Origin: Alphaproteobacteria bacterium
GTDB taxonomy: Bacteria > Pseudomonadota > Alphaproteobacteria > MPNO01 > UBA830
Assembly (NCBI GenBank): GCA_964291215.2
Contig: OZ219791.1
Location: 2,976,001-3,040,000, forward strand
Length of the DNA: 64,000 nt
Direction: 5' to 3'
Below are positions 28,029 through 38,740 of the stretch, in pieces. The number at the start of each line of letters is the position of its first letter. Position 1 is the first letter of the stretch. The notes under the pieces were generated by a model. That model ran no database searches and was not told the origin of the DNA. It saw only the letters and a program-made list of their open reading frames with translations. Position numbers and translations under genes: made by a program.

Positions 28029-29194
28029 TCATGCCGCATCCTCCAAGAGCCGAGACATGAGGGAGGCATTCAGCGTTGCAGCGATCCGGCCGGCAACTGC
28101 CATGCGCTCGATTGTGGCTTGCGTCGCCTCCGCTATATCTGCGAAGCGTCTTTGCATGTTAATCGGAGGAAGGGGAATCAAGGTACTTTCCATAAAAGAC
28201 TTGGGGACACGTTGCTGCCCTGCTTTCCCCGTAAAACTGCTTTTAGCTTCGTTTCGAAACTCAGCCCGGCGTACGAAATGATGGAGATACTCTCCCAAAA
28301 TGAGCTTCTCTAGCCGAAGAACATAGAATTCAGTTGACCCCCGGCCAATGCCGTTGGTCAAGTTTCGCGCCAATGCTGTCTTCCCGTTCTTCATGCAGGG
28401 GGTAACCTTTGCAAACAAGACGTCTCCCTCTTCAAACGATGTGTAGCCTTTGGAAACATCCACTGCTGGACGCTTCTCGGAATGGATGATTTCTCCTGAC
28501 CATTCGTCAACAACCGCCATCGGAACGAAACTCACAAGAATGTTATCGGAGCGATAGAGCTTTTTAGCACGAGGATTGACTGTACAGACATCGCTCAAAT
28601 GCGCAGTGTCCCACCCCATCGGGTTGGTGCGGGGTCACTGAACATGTTGACGAACAGCGCGGGCAGGAACTCCCGCAGCCTTTCCTGCGCCTGCGTTTGC
28701 AGCTGTTCGATCTTCGCCGCCCGGTTCAGGATGCCGGCGATCCGCCGCTGCTCGTCGAGCGGCGGGAGGGGAACCGGCAACGACATCAGCGCCTTCATGT
28801 CGGTCCGCGGCATTCGGGAACCAGTTATCGACGACATCGTGTGCTCGACGGTCTGTGCTCGCCGAAGCAGGTGTGCAACGAATTCGCGATCAACGCCTTC
28901 CCGGGGCAAGAGCGGAATCAGTTCGGTCGAGCACCTCCCGCAAAAATCAGGAGTTGCAACCTTGTTTAGATACGGCCGAAGTTTTGCGTACAGGATATGG
29001 CGTTCGTCGAACCGGAAAGTCGTGCTCCTTTGACTCCCGACGCGCGAGCCGTTGGCAAAATTAATAACACCGTTTTGGGACTCGATGTTCTCCACGCCCA
29101 CGAAACGAAGCTCCGTCGCGGTAGAGTCGTCCGGGTCAAGCCCTTGCCAATCCATTTCACAGAGATCACCCAGCTTTACGACCGGGAAGCTCAT
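28029..29194 (-). pseudogene. hsdS: Type I RM specificity subunit HsdS, frameshifted at about 28600-28630
   Basis: Two TRDs (LYAKLRPYLNK/CSTE; GDVLFAKVTPCMKNGK/GSTEF) and PLPPLDEQRRIA / PLPPINMQRRFA; the MFxDPATNPMGW linker is broken by a 1-bp loss. Confidence 0.88.
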
Positions 29195-29340
29195 TCCTCC
29201 ACGACTCCCCACGCCGCGTCGCCCAATTCGTCGATCTCTGCGAGGATTTGCGTCTCGATGCTGCGCAGTTCCTCCAGAATCTCCAACGGGTCGTGGTGCT
29301 CGACCTTGGCGCGGCTCGGTGGCCGGTGGCGGTTGGTCCT
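29191..29340 (-). pseudogene. hsdM: C-terminal remnant of type I RM HsdM
   Basis: NRHRP..VEHHDPLEILEELRSIETQILAEIDEL with ATGA overlap onto hsdS; the rest of the gene is absent. Confidence 0.65.
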
Positions 29341-29592
29341 AGAAGAAAGCGGGAACCCCACGCTAATTACGTTGCCCCGCAACGTCTGGGCTAGAGTTTT
29401 CCAATTCAGCGATCCGGTCAAGAGCTTCGTCCAGATCTGCCGCAAAGGCTATCCATCCGGCTGGAGAATCGCCGGGAAATGTAAAATCCGACCAGTGCAA
29501 TAGCCACCGGAATGACAACGGCGACCAGCCCGATCAGCAGCGATAAGCCTTGCAGGTACAACGCAACAGGTACGCCCTCGCATGTCATTTGA

Positions 29593-29805
29593 TCACCGGC
29601 GCCGGGTAGGACGGCCTTTCGCAGCCTGTTCACGCTCCCATTCGAGGGCGGCATCTCTGGTCGTCGCGTGCCCGACCTTTTCGATATCGCCACTGCCGAA
29701 ATCGTTTCTATGCTCGGCTTCCCGACGCTCAAGATCGTTCGTGATGCCGGTGTGAACGATCCTGCGGCCCCGTTTGAAGTGATATTTGTAAGTGTCGCGC
29801 GCCAT
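29593..29805 (-). CDS. Minimal (70 aa) GIY-YIG-like protein
   Basis: YKY..IVHTGITNDLERREAEH..AALEWE matches the GIY-YIG pattern (Y..., G.T.DL.RR..EH, A...E). Confidence 0.7.
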   Translation of the reverse strand: MARDTYKYHFKRGRRIVHTGITNDLERREAEHRNDFGSGDIEKVGHATTRDAALEWEREQAAKGRPTRRR

Positions 29806-29872
29806 GATCAGTGCTTCCAATACCAGTATGATTCCGATAGTGACATGGAGTCAAAATGTCAAGCTCCCCGCA

Positions 29873-31573
29873 CAGGGCCATTCTTTTGTCGGGCCTGTGG
29901 ATTGCTGATGTGACAGGGACCTGGCATGGCACCTTGGGTTCACTGTGGGCCGGTTTCAGTGGCTGGTGCATCAGGCTGGGCACGCTTTTTCGAGTGTTCG
30001 AGCAGAGCTGTCCTGTTGCGTCGGCGCGTTCCCGGCTTGTGGCGCGGGGTCAGGAGCGAAGGTTTATCTGCGGGATGAGGATGGCGCGCGTCCCGGGCGG
30101 CGTAGTGCCGGTTGGCCTCGGGCATATGGTTGAAGTGTCCGCCGCAGCGCACGATGGCTGCGTTTGTCGAGAGGTTGCGCGGCGCACCCTGCAGCGGTCT
30201 TCGTCGCAGGTGAAATCGCGTACGTGGCGGAGTCGATTTTCCATGACCCGCGCGCCAGAAGCATCTCGGGGCGTTCGGGGCCGAGCGAGGTGAGGCACCA
30301 GGTGGTCTCGACGCTGCTCTCTTTGGTCTTGCAGATCTCGCGCTTGATGCGGATGGCGGCGACCGTGGAGAGCAGCGCAGCGGTTCCGCTCGGCGCCGGA
30401 GATGTCGACCACGGCGGCGGCGCTCGATGCGCCCTTGTCGAGGGTTTCGAACGAGCCCTCGAAGTCGATGGCCTTGAGGTCGTCGAGCATGGTCTCCTGG
30501 TTATTCTTGATCGCCGTGACGACATGCGGCGCTCGAGAAGCCGCCGCTCGTGCTGAGCGTGCATCGCGTCCATGGTGACGATGCGGCCCGTGACGTTGAT
30601 GCTGCTGGCGAGGGGGATCTCGTTGCTCTTCGCCTGGCCGAGAACCATCCGTGCTCGACCGCTGCGACCCGCCGGGCGTTCTCGGCTGGAGGCACCGCGG
30701 ATGTCCTTGCCGTCGTGTCTGCTGCCGGGCCGTCCACAGAGCGTTGTCCAGGGTCTCGGGTGACAGGTCAGCGAGGATGGTGTGGAAGGTTGTGGGTGCG
30801 GTGTAGCGCTTCGGGCTGAAGAACGAGTTCACCGCCGCAAGCTGTTCCTGGAGGGCGGCGAATGCGGTCACGCCGCAGTAGCTGGCGAGCCGCGAGAATG
30901 GTTCTCAGCGGATAGCGCTTGCGGCATACCTCGCCCAGGCACAGGCTGCGCAGCCGAGGCCCGGCACTGTCGTGCTGCGTTCCAGCTTTCCGGGATCGCG
31001 TCCCGGCTCAGCGCCTCGGCGGCCCCAGTTTGTACATGAAGATCTCCTGGCCGTGGTGACGGAAGCGCGCGGAGCCGCTCGCGACCGAGCGTCAAGCAAG
31101 CGCCAGTTCGCCGCGCGATAGCAGGTTCCGGCGAAGCGCTTGACGAACGTCTCCGCGAGGAACGCGCGGCCTCGATGTCCAGCCGTCGAAGGCTCAGGCC
31201 GAGCATGCGGGACGCCAGGTTCGGCATCCCCCCAACGAACCGGAAATTGTTCGCGATCAGATGCAGGCACTGCTGCTCCGCAGCGGTCGCGTGCAGCAAG
31301 CTTGAACGCGCCGCCAGCCGACCACCCAGGTCTCGCCGTGCAGGGCGACATGGCGCAGACCCTTGATGCCGTGAAACCGCAGCTAGTGATGCTCCTTCAC
31401 CAGATGGTCCCGGAGCCGGTGCTCACGTGCGCCACGGGCGCACCGTCACCTCGCGAAGGAGGGAATCCGCGGTCGCAAGGGTCGCCATGCCGGCACACTG
31501 CCACGGCGAAAACGGAATGCCCGGACCAAAATCAGCATGCGCCGATCGCTGGGACGACAACAGAATAGCCCTG
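29873..31573 (-). mobile_element. ISAs1-family element with DUF4338 domain, eroded, both TIRs present
   Basis: TIRs CAGGGCCATTCTTTTGTCG / rc CAGGGCTATTCTGTTGTCG; DUF4338 fragments (NLASRMLGLSLRRL, LAETFV..RFAGTCYRAANW) then ISAs1 fragments (GKDIRG, KSNEIP, GRIVTMDAMHAQ, IKNNQ, WKIENRLRHVRDFTCDEDRCR). Confidence 0.82.
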
Positions 31574-32400
31574 TTTGCCGGTCGAGGTCTGCGTGTTCAC
31601 CTGGCGCGGGCGGTCGATTGGCGCTGCGGGCTGGCAGACGGTCGTCCTCAGCTGCGCACCCGTTGGATTGGCTGGCGCCGCGAGGAACAGTTCAGGCGGT
31701 TGCCGGGAACAACACGAGGTTTGTTGTTCCTGGTGGTCGTTTCCGGGCCTCGTTTGCGTTGTCGCGGATGGTGCGGCGGCGACCGGGAGGCTGCCGTTGC
31801 TTGTTGCGGAGTCGTTTGTCTCGCCGACGAAGTTCAGCGGCACCATGTACAAGGCGGCGAACCGGGAGTGCGTTGGCAGGGGCCATGCGCGCGCCAGCGG
31901 GCGCCGACCGGGGAGGCGAAGGATCCTTACGTGTTTCCGCTGCGTCGTGACGCGGGATCGTTCGCCGCTTCCTGCGGCGTGGGAGTTGCGGGCGCCGCTG
32001 GTCGGCGCAGGAGTTGCGCTCGATTTATCAGCACTTCGGGGCGCTTTCCGGCGCGCGCAGGGGCATCGCCTCGGTGCTGTGCATGATTTTGCTGGCTTGC
32101 GAACCGGCGCGGTGGCGCACTACGACGCAGAAGGAGCTGGAGCAGCGTGGAAGAACAGGGACAAGCCGACCTCCAGATCGACCGTGCACCGGGTGCTGCA
32201 GAACACCGACCCGGGATGATGCTCTGCGGCGCGCAGCCGCAGGTCGGCAACGACGGCAAGCGCGGCCGCACCGGCGAGGATCATTACGAGACGGCCTCGC
32301 TGGCACGGGACCGGCATTCGATCCTCAACTATCACGACGGGGAGATCGCTGCCGTCCACGCCGCGACGGCGCCGGCCGTCTGCTTGGGTCCCGGCACATG
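31574..32400 (+). mobile_element. Second DUF4338-ISAs1 relic, divergent from the first, ends lost
   Basis: RTRWIGWRREEQFRRL, NNTRF, LLVAESFVSPTKFSGTMYKAAN, PTSRSTVHRVL and NDGKR. Confidence 0.7.
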
Positions 32401-32419
32401 CCGCCGCCGGGCGTGGCTC

Positions 32420-33610
32420 TCAAGCAGTCGCGGCGGATCTTCCGGCAAGCGAATACCAGAGTGTAACCGCGGTGGCGAGAACGAGCAGCGGCGCGGCACC
32501 GACATTGACCCAGGTCCAGCCGAAATAGTGGATCAGCGCGCCTGACGATAACGAGCCCATCCCGACCACCGTATACACGACCTGGTTCATCATGCCCTGC
32601 GTCTTCGCGCGTTCGGACGGGGTATAAGCCGTGGTCATGAGCGTGTTCGCCGCGGTGAACGAGAAGTTCCACCCGACGCCGAGCAGCACCATCGCCAGCC
32701 AGAAATCGAAGACCTCGATGCCGGAGAGCGCGACGGCGATGCAGGCCGCCTGCAGCACAAAGCCGGCAAGGATCATTCGCACCTCGCCGAAGCGGTTGAT
32801 CAGGGATCCGGTGACGAAGCCCGGCGCGAACATCCCCACGATGTGCCAGGAGACCACGTCGGCCGCATTGCCGAACGCGTGGTTGCAATGGGCGACCATG
32901 GCGATCGGCGTTGCGGTCATGAGAAAGTTCATGACGCACTGGGCGATGGTCGCTGATGTTGCGGCGGCGATGAAGACGGGCTGGCGCATTATCGTCGCGA
33001 GCGGCCGCTGCGGACCGGTCCTCTGCGCAACCGTGAGCTGCGGAATGTCGAGAAAGGCCAGCACCAGCGCCGCGGCCAGGGCGGTGCCGATCATGAACAG
33101 GAAGGCGCCTGCATAGACCGGGTCGGCGATGAGGTCCTTGCCCCACTTGGCGAGATTCGGGCCGGCGAAGCCTGCAAAGACCCCGCCGGCAAGGACCAGC
33201 GAGATGGCCTTGCGCTTGAAGGCCTCGGTAGCGACGTCGGCGGCCGCAAAACGGTAGAGCTGGGCGAAGCCGGAAAAGAAGCCAAACAGGAGGCCGCCGA
33301 GGGCAAGCAGCCAGAAGTTGCCGAAAACGACCGCACCGGTACAGGCGCCGCCGCTTGCCGCGGCAATCAGCGTGCCGGTGAGGAAGCCGGCCCTGCGGCC
33401 GACCCGCCTGCTGAAGAGCGAGGCTGGCATGGCCGCCAGCGCAGTGCCAACGACGATGAGCGCGGTCGGCAGCGTGGCCAGCGCCAGATGGGGGCCTATG
33501 CCGAGCGCCACGATGGGGGCGGTGACCATGAACAGCGACCGTCCCGTGCCGAACATCATCTGGCATGTCGAGAGGATCAGGACATTGTGCTGGTCGCGGG
33601 GAATCATCAT
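32420..33610 (-). CDS. MFS transporter
   Basis: About 12 TM segments; RRVGRRAG, QLYRFAAAD and GSLINRFG motifs. Confidence 0.9.
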   Translation of the reverse strand: MMIPRDQHNVLILSTCQMMFGTGRSLFMVTAPIVALGIGPHLALATLPTALIVVGTALAAMPASLFSRRVGRRAGFLTGTLIAAASGGACTGAVVFGNFWLLALGGLLFGFFSGFAQLYRFAAADVATEAFKRKAISLVLAGGVFAGFAGPNLAKWGKDLIADPVYAGAFLFMIGTALAAALVLAFLDIPQLTVAQRTGPQRPLATIMRQPVFIAAATSATIAQCVMNFLMTATPIAMVAHCNHAFGNAADVVSWHIVGMFAPGFVTGSLINRFGEVRMILAGFVLQAACIAVALSGIEVFDFWLAMVLLGVGWNFSFTAANTLMTTAYTPSERAKTQGMMNQVVYTVVGMGSLSSGALIHYFGWTWVNVGAAPLLVLATAVTLWYSLAGRSAATA

Positions 33611-33839
33611 TGCAGGGGCCGCCATTCACCGGAGCGATTCTGGGCCGACAGCACCTTCGGGTTCCGTCGGGGGGCATGGCATGCCGGCGGCGCCACGCCG
33701 GCCGCTTTCGGCGAAATCCGAAGCGCATGGAAACTCCGGCCCGCGAGCCGGAAGGCGCGCGGGCCGGTGTCTTGAACTCCTGTCCGTCTTGGACGGGTCC
33801 GTGGCGACGATGCCAAGCCGGACGGGACGGGCTGGGGAA

Positions 33840-34865
33840 TCAGGACGCCCGGTTGAAGAGTTCCTGCACCTTGCTGATGACGGCAGGCGGAGTTTTGAGC
33901 GTTTCGACAATCACCTTCTGGATGGAGGGGCCGGACGAGTAGGTTACCGAAAGCTTGCTCTTTTTCATGTCGGTAACGAATTTCGGGTCCTGGGCAACAT
34001 CCGCCATGGCCGCGCTCAGGAAGTCGATGCGATCCTTGGGCGTCTCCTTCGGTACGGCGAAACTGCGGCCGATGGTGACAAGCGACGTCATGAAATCGAC
34101 GATCGGCCGGTCTTCGGCCTTCACCAGATCCCGGAAGCGTGGCACGTTCGGGAAGTGGGCCGAGGGGCTGGGGCCCATCTGGATCACCGGCGTGACGAAT
34201 TTCTTGTCGAACCAGTCCTTGCGGTCGGTGACCCAAGCGAGGGAGCTAAGGTTGACGCCGGCCACTTCGCCCTGTTCGACCGCCAGCAGCATCTTGCGCG
34301 AACCCCTGTAGCCCTTGATGATCTTGATCTTGGTTCCGAGCAGCCCGTTGTAGAGTGCCGGCAGCTGGAACGTCTGCGAACCGACGCCCGAGGATCCGAA
34401 ATTCACCGCTGTCGTCGTCATGTCCTTCCACGACTTGACGCCGGTATCGCTGCGAAGCGCCGCCAGCGAGTTGACGCGGACGATGGCGCCGAGCCATGTG
34501 AAATCGTTGGAGTTGTACTTGGCAGCCTTCGGCTTGAGGAGCTGGGTGACGACCAGCGTGTCGGGCGGCAGGATGATCGCGAGGCCGTTCTTGGGGGCCA
34601 CGTTGGCGTAGTAGTTGGTCATCTTGAGGCCGCCCGAGCCCGGCATCGACTTCACGATCACTGAATCGGCTCCGATGCGTGGCTTGAGATGATTGGCCAT
34701 TGCGGTGGCGCTCTTGCCATAGGTGCCGCCGACGCCGTAGCCGATATAGATCTCGACGGATTTCCCCTTGTAGAATTCGGCAGCCGACTGGGCCGTCGCC
34801 GCAGCCGCCCCGCCGACGACAAACGCCGACGCAATCGCAGCCAGCCTGAAAGTCGCACGTGTCAT
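33840..34865 (-). CDS. Tripartite tricarboxylate transporter substrate-binding protein (Bug/TctC family)
   Basis: Signal peptide; FYKGK, GYGVGGTYG, MPGSGG, APKNGL and GYRGS..AVEQGEV. Confidence 0.88.
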   Translation of the reverse strand: MTRATFRLAAIASAFVVGGAAAATAQSAAEFYKGKSVEIYIGYGVGGTYGKSATAMANHLKPRIGADSVIVKSMPGSGGLKMTNYYANVAPKNGLAIILPPDTLVVTQLLKPKAAKYNSNDFTWLGAIVRVNSLAALRSDTGVKSWKDMTTTAVNFGSSGVGSQTFQLPALYNGLLGTKIKIIKGYRGSRKMLLAVEQGEVAGVNLSSLAWVTDRKDWFDKKFVTPVIQMGPSPSAHFPNVPRFRDLVKAEDRPIVDFMTSLVTIGRSFAVPKETPKDRIDFLSAAMADVAQDPKFVTDMKKSKLSVTYSSGPSIQKVIVETLKTPPAVISKVQELFNRAS

Positions 34866-35064
34866 GGGCCGTTGTCTCCCTGTTGCGGCGCCCCCGGGTC
34901 CATCCCGGAAGCGCCTTCGGTCAGGGGCCAAACGTAGCAGAAGGGCCGCCATGCCACAAAACCGCTCCGTCGCGGTGTCGGAGCGGGCGGCATCGACGGC
35001 GGGTTTGGCGGCCGGCGGGGAAGGGCCTATATTCTCGGTGGCGAAATCCTTCCGGAGGATGATC

Positions 35065-35691
35065 ATGGCAGCAGACGGCCGCACCGGCGAAGTCCCGGAG
35101 CAACTCGCGCGCATCGGCGCGCTTCCGGTTCCCGCGCCGGAGTCGCTTGACGAGGATCTGCAGAAATACATGGATGTATGCGAGGAGAAGCTCGGACACG
35201 TGCCGAACGTCATGAAGGTGTTTTCGCTCCGGCCGGCCAAGCTCAGGACATTCATCGCGAAGTACAACGAACTGATGCTTTCCGGCGAGACGGGCCTCAC
35301 TCGCCTCGAACGCGAGATGGTCGCGGTCGTCGTTTCCTGCGCCAACCGTTGCGTCTACTGCATCACTTCGCACGGCCAGGCGGTGCGGGAATTCTCGGGC
35401 GATCCGGTGCTCGGCGACATCCTGACAGTGAACTACCGGGAGGCCGAACTGACGCCGCGCCAGCGCGCGCTGCTCGATCATGCATGGAAGCTGACGACAA
35501 ACCCGTCCGAGGCCGGGGAGCAGGATCGCGCGCGGTTGCAGGACGCCGGGCTCACGGACGAGGAGATATTCGACCTCACCGACGTCATTGCCTATTTCAA
35601 CTACACCAACCGCATGACGCACGGCCTTGGCATGCAGCCCAACGAATACTATTTCGGGCGCAACCGCCTGCCCGACCCGGCGGCCGGATAG
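35065..35691 (+). CDS. Peroxidase-related AhpD/CMD-family enzyme
   Basis: EKLGHVPNV, LTRLEREMVAVVVS.ANRCVYC..SH and AYFNYTNRM. Confidence 0.88.
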   Translation: MAADGRTGEVPEQLARIGALPVPAPESLDEDLQKYMDVCEEKLGHVPNVMKVFSLRPAKLRTFIAKYNELMLSGETGLTRLEREMVAVVVSCANRCVYCITSHGQAVREFSGDPVLGDILTVNYREAELTPRQRALLDHAWKLTTNPSEAGEQDRARLQDAGLTDEEIFDLTDVIAYFNYTNRMTHGLGMQPNEYYFGRNRLPDPAAG

Positions 35692-35703
35692 CTGCCGCGC
35701 CGT

Positions 35704-36108
35704 CTATTGCTTGCGCCTGCTTTGGGCCCAGTCGTGGTCCGATATGTCGAAGACGAGGCCGTTCGGATCCTTGTACTTGGTCTCGGCATCGATTCCCGGT
35801 ATGCCGTCGGGCAGTTCCATGAAGAAGGAGCCGCCCTGTTCCTCGATCATGGCGCCGGATGCCTCCTTGTCGTCGACGATGAAGCCGAAATGGTGCAATC
35901 CGGCCCAGTCCGGCCCGTTGACGCCGCCCTTGGTTCCCTCAGGAAAATGCAACAGCGTCAGGTTTACGGTGCCGTCGGACAGCATGACGGCGTTGCCGTA
36001 TTCGGTCTCGACATCGCGCACCCGATCAAGCTCGAATATCCGTTCGTAGAAGGCGGCCGCCTCCTGGAGATTCGGCACCTGCATTGCTATGTGGCGCAGC
36101 TTGGCCAT
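35704..36108 (-). CDS. VOC/glyoxalase family protein
   Basis: KLRHIA, FYERIF, GLHHFGF and KYKDPNG..FDI. Confidence 0.88.
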   Translation of the reverse strand: MAKLRHIAMQVPNLQEAAAFYERIFELDRVRDVETEYGNAVMLSDGTVNLTLLHFPEGTKGGVNGPDWAGLHHFGFIVDDKEASGAMIEEQGGSFFMELPDGIPGIDAETKYKDPNGLVFDISDHDWAQSRRKQ

Positions 36109-36171
36109 GTCCGGCCCTCCCCCTTGCGGAGTGAAGCCGGGATTGTGTGCCAGAGTCGATAGTCTGTCCAC

Positions 36172-37323
36172 ATGCGCATTACCGCCATTCGCGAACGGGC
36201 CGTGTCGCTGGCGCGGCCGGTATCCAACGCTGCCATCGGCTTCCACGAAATGACCGCGTCCGCGGTTGCGGTCGACATCGACACCGGACGCGAAATCGTG
36301 ACCGGATACGGCTTTTCATCGGTCGGGCGCTACGCCCAGAGCGGCCTGATCGCCGAGCGCTTCGCACCGCGGCTGCTCGCCGGCCCCGATCTGGCGGAGA
36401 CCGGCAGCACGTTCGACCCGGCCGGCGCGCAGCAAACGATGAGGGTTGGCGAGAAGCCCGGGGGCGATGGCGACCGCGCTGGCGCGGTTGGGGTCCTTGA
36501 CATGGCGCTCTGGGATGCCGCGGCCAAGATCGCCGACATGCCGCTGTGGCGCCTGGTCGCCGACCGGCGCAGCGGCGTCGGGCCGGTGCCGGTTTACGCG
36601 ACGGGCGGGCACTATCATGGCGACGGCGATCTCGGGGCGCTCGCCGATGAGATCCGCGGCTATCTCGACCAGGGGTACTCGCGGGTCAAGATCAAGTGCG
36701 GCCGCGATGGCCTCGATGACGACAGGGCGCGCATCGAGGCGGTGTTGCCGCTGCTCGGCGGCCGTGGGGACCGCCTCGCGGTCGACGTCAACTGTTGCTG
36801 TCGCGACGCGGCGGCCGCAGTAGCGCTGGCGGAGGCGTTCGCCCCCTATGGGCTTGCCTAGATCGAGGAGCCCGGGCATCCGCATGACTTTGCGATGCTG
36901 GCAATGCTCGCCGCGGGCTGGCCGACGCCGCTCGCGACGGGAGAGAACCTGTTTTCGTGGCAGGAGGCGCGCAACCTGTTGCGCCATGGCGGGCTGCGGC
37001 CCGACCGCGATCTTCTGCAGATCGACCCGCCACTTGCCTACGGCCTCCCGGAATACGAGATCATCCTCCGGATGGCGGGAGCAGAAGGCTGGTCGAGGGC
37101 GCGGATGCTGCCTCACGCCGGACACCTGTTCGCGTTCCACCTCGTTGCCGGGCTGGGGCTCGGCGGCCACGAGGTTGCAGCGGACCCCGGCTTCGTCATC
37201 GGCGGCCTGCCCGCGGGTTCGATTGTCGACGACGGCCGTGCGTCGCTGCCGGACACGCCGGGCATCGGCTTCGAAGCCCATCCGCAGCTCCGGGCGGTTC
37301 CGGGGCAGTTGACGTCGCGCTGA
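36172..37323 (+). pseudogene. Mandelate racemase/enolase-family protein (D-tartrate dehydratase-like) with an in-frame TAG at 36859-36861
   Basis: GYGFSSVGRYAQ, EKPGG.G.R, DMALWDA and VKIK; GLA*IEEP sits where W-x-EEP is expected; the same frame continues ATGENLFS..LQIDP. Confidence 0.85.
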
Positions 37324-37468
37324 CCGGCGTGCCGGGAGGGCCACGACGTGTCGTCGGCCTTGAGGCCTGTCCGGCCGTTCACTAGAGTGGAGCGACGGCA
37401 CCAGGGGTTCAGTGCCGCCGCGGTTGCGCACCGCCGCACGGCGGCATAATCTGCGGTCCAGCACCTGA

Positions 37469-38689
<1,221 letters not shown>

Positions 38690-38740
38690 ACATCGCCGCC
38701 GGGCGTCGTGGCGGGCGGGCAAGCAAGGAGGACTAGGCAA

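Noticed and set aside
29418-29590. Short hydrophobic ORF downstream of the GIY-YIG gene
   Set aside because: No clear RBS or family; probably a fragment, so not called.
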